This document shows, piece after piece, positions 63,622 to 64,000 of a stretch of 64,000 nt of DNA (position 1 is the stretch's first letter; each line of letters opens with the position of its first letter). Under the pieces are notes generated by a model that saw nothing but the letters and a program-made list of their open reading frames with translations, had not been told where the DNA came from and made no database searches. The translations under genes and the position numbers were made by a program. The stretch covers positions 10,482 through 74,481 of the forward strand of contig JAACZV010000007.1 in NCBI GenBank assembly GCA_009996515.1, given 5' to 3'. Source of the DNA: Comamonadaceae bacterium (GTDB lineage: Bacteria; Pseudomonadota; Gammaproteobacteria; Burkholderiales; Burkholderiaceae_C).

Positions 63622-64000
63622 CTAGCGCTGGCCGGCCACCCAGTTCACCAGCGCGTCCAGCACCGGCCGGCCCTTGCGCGCGGCCTCCGGGTGGTTGAGC
63701 AGCGCGACGAAGACCCAGGGCTTGCCGCCCGCGTCCGTGACGAAGCCGGCCAGGCCCACGGCGTCGCGCAGCGTGCCGGTCTTGAGCCGAGCCTGACCGG
63801 TGGCCGGACCGTCCCTGAGCCGGCGCGACAGCGTGCCGTCCACGCCGGCGATGGGCAGCGTGGCCAGCAGCTCCGGCGCCTGCCCGCCGCGCTGGCCCGC
63901 GCGCAGCACGCCGGCCAGCAGGGCCGGGCTGACGCGCTCGCTGCGCGACAGGCCCGAGCCGTTGTCCAGCACCAGCGCCGTCGCGTCTATGCCCTGGCCG
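63622..64000 (-). CDS. dacB: D-Ala-D-Ala carboxypeptidase/endopeptidase PBP4 (S13), 3' part
   Basis: DNGSGLSR, LPIAGVDGTL and KTGTL motifs; the gene enters from the window end. Confidence 0.9.
   Translation of the reverse strand, partial: GQGIDATALVLDNGSGLSRSERVSPALLAGVLRAGQRGGQAPELLATLPIAGVDGTLSRRLRDGPATGQARLKTGTLRDAVGLAGFVTDAGGKPWVFVALLNHPEAARKGRPVLDALVNWVAGQR

Overview
A high-GC (about 70-75% by hand count of sample lines) betaproteobacterial chromosome segment, Burkholderiales/Sphaerotilaceae-like judging by gene content and order. It holds about 60 CDSs. I saw no tRNA, rRNA, CRISPR array, integrase or transposase. Core genes: gshB, gshA, kup, benE, torF-glnK-amtB (with a sigma54 promoter and NtrC site), comM, ilvD, nadC, rlpA, dacB and a split methionine synthase whose halves lie about 27 kb apart, with an SAH riboswitch in front of the B12 half. 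The gap between the metH halves contains most of the accessory material: (i) an ECF sigma/anti-sigma + subtilase + Gly/Ala-rich secreted protein module sharing a repeated ECF-type promoter; (ii) a RutR-controlled reductive pyrimidine catabolism operon carrying two copies of an unusual ~76-bp palindromic element; (iii) a ~50% GC two-gene islet (DUF6978-like + DUF1828/DUF1829-like), my best candidate for an undescribed defence/conflict system; (iv) a stand-alone ATP-grasp gene bracketed by an 84-bp imperfect direct repeat; (v) a MerR/membrane-protein pair with a textbook operator; (vi) a second ECF module with a secreted, possibly LolA-like protein; (vii) a PspA-YqiJ-flotillin operon led by a putative ribbon-helix-helix repressor with a palindromic operator. 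All family assignments come from motif recognition by eye, not database searches. Start codons were chosen by hand.
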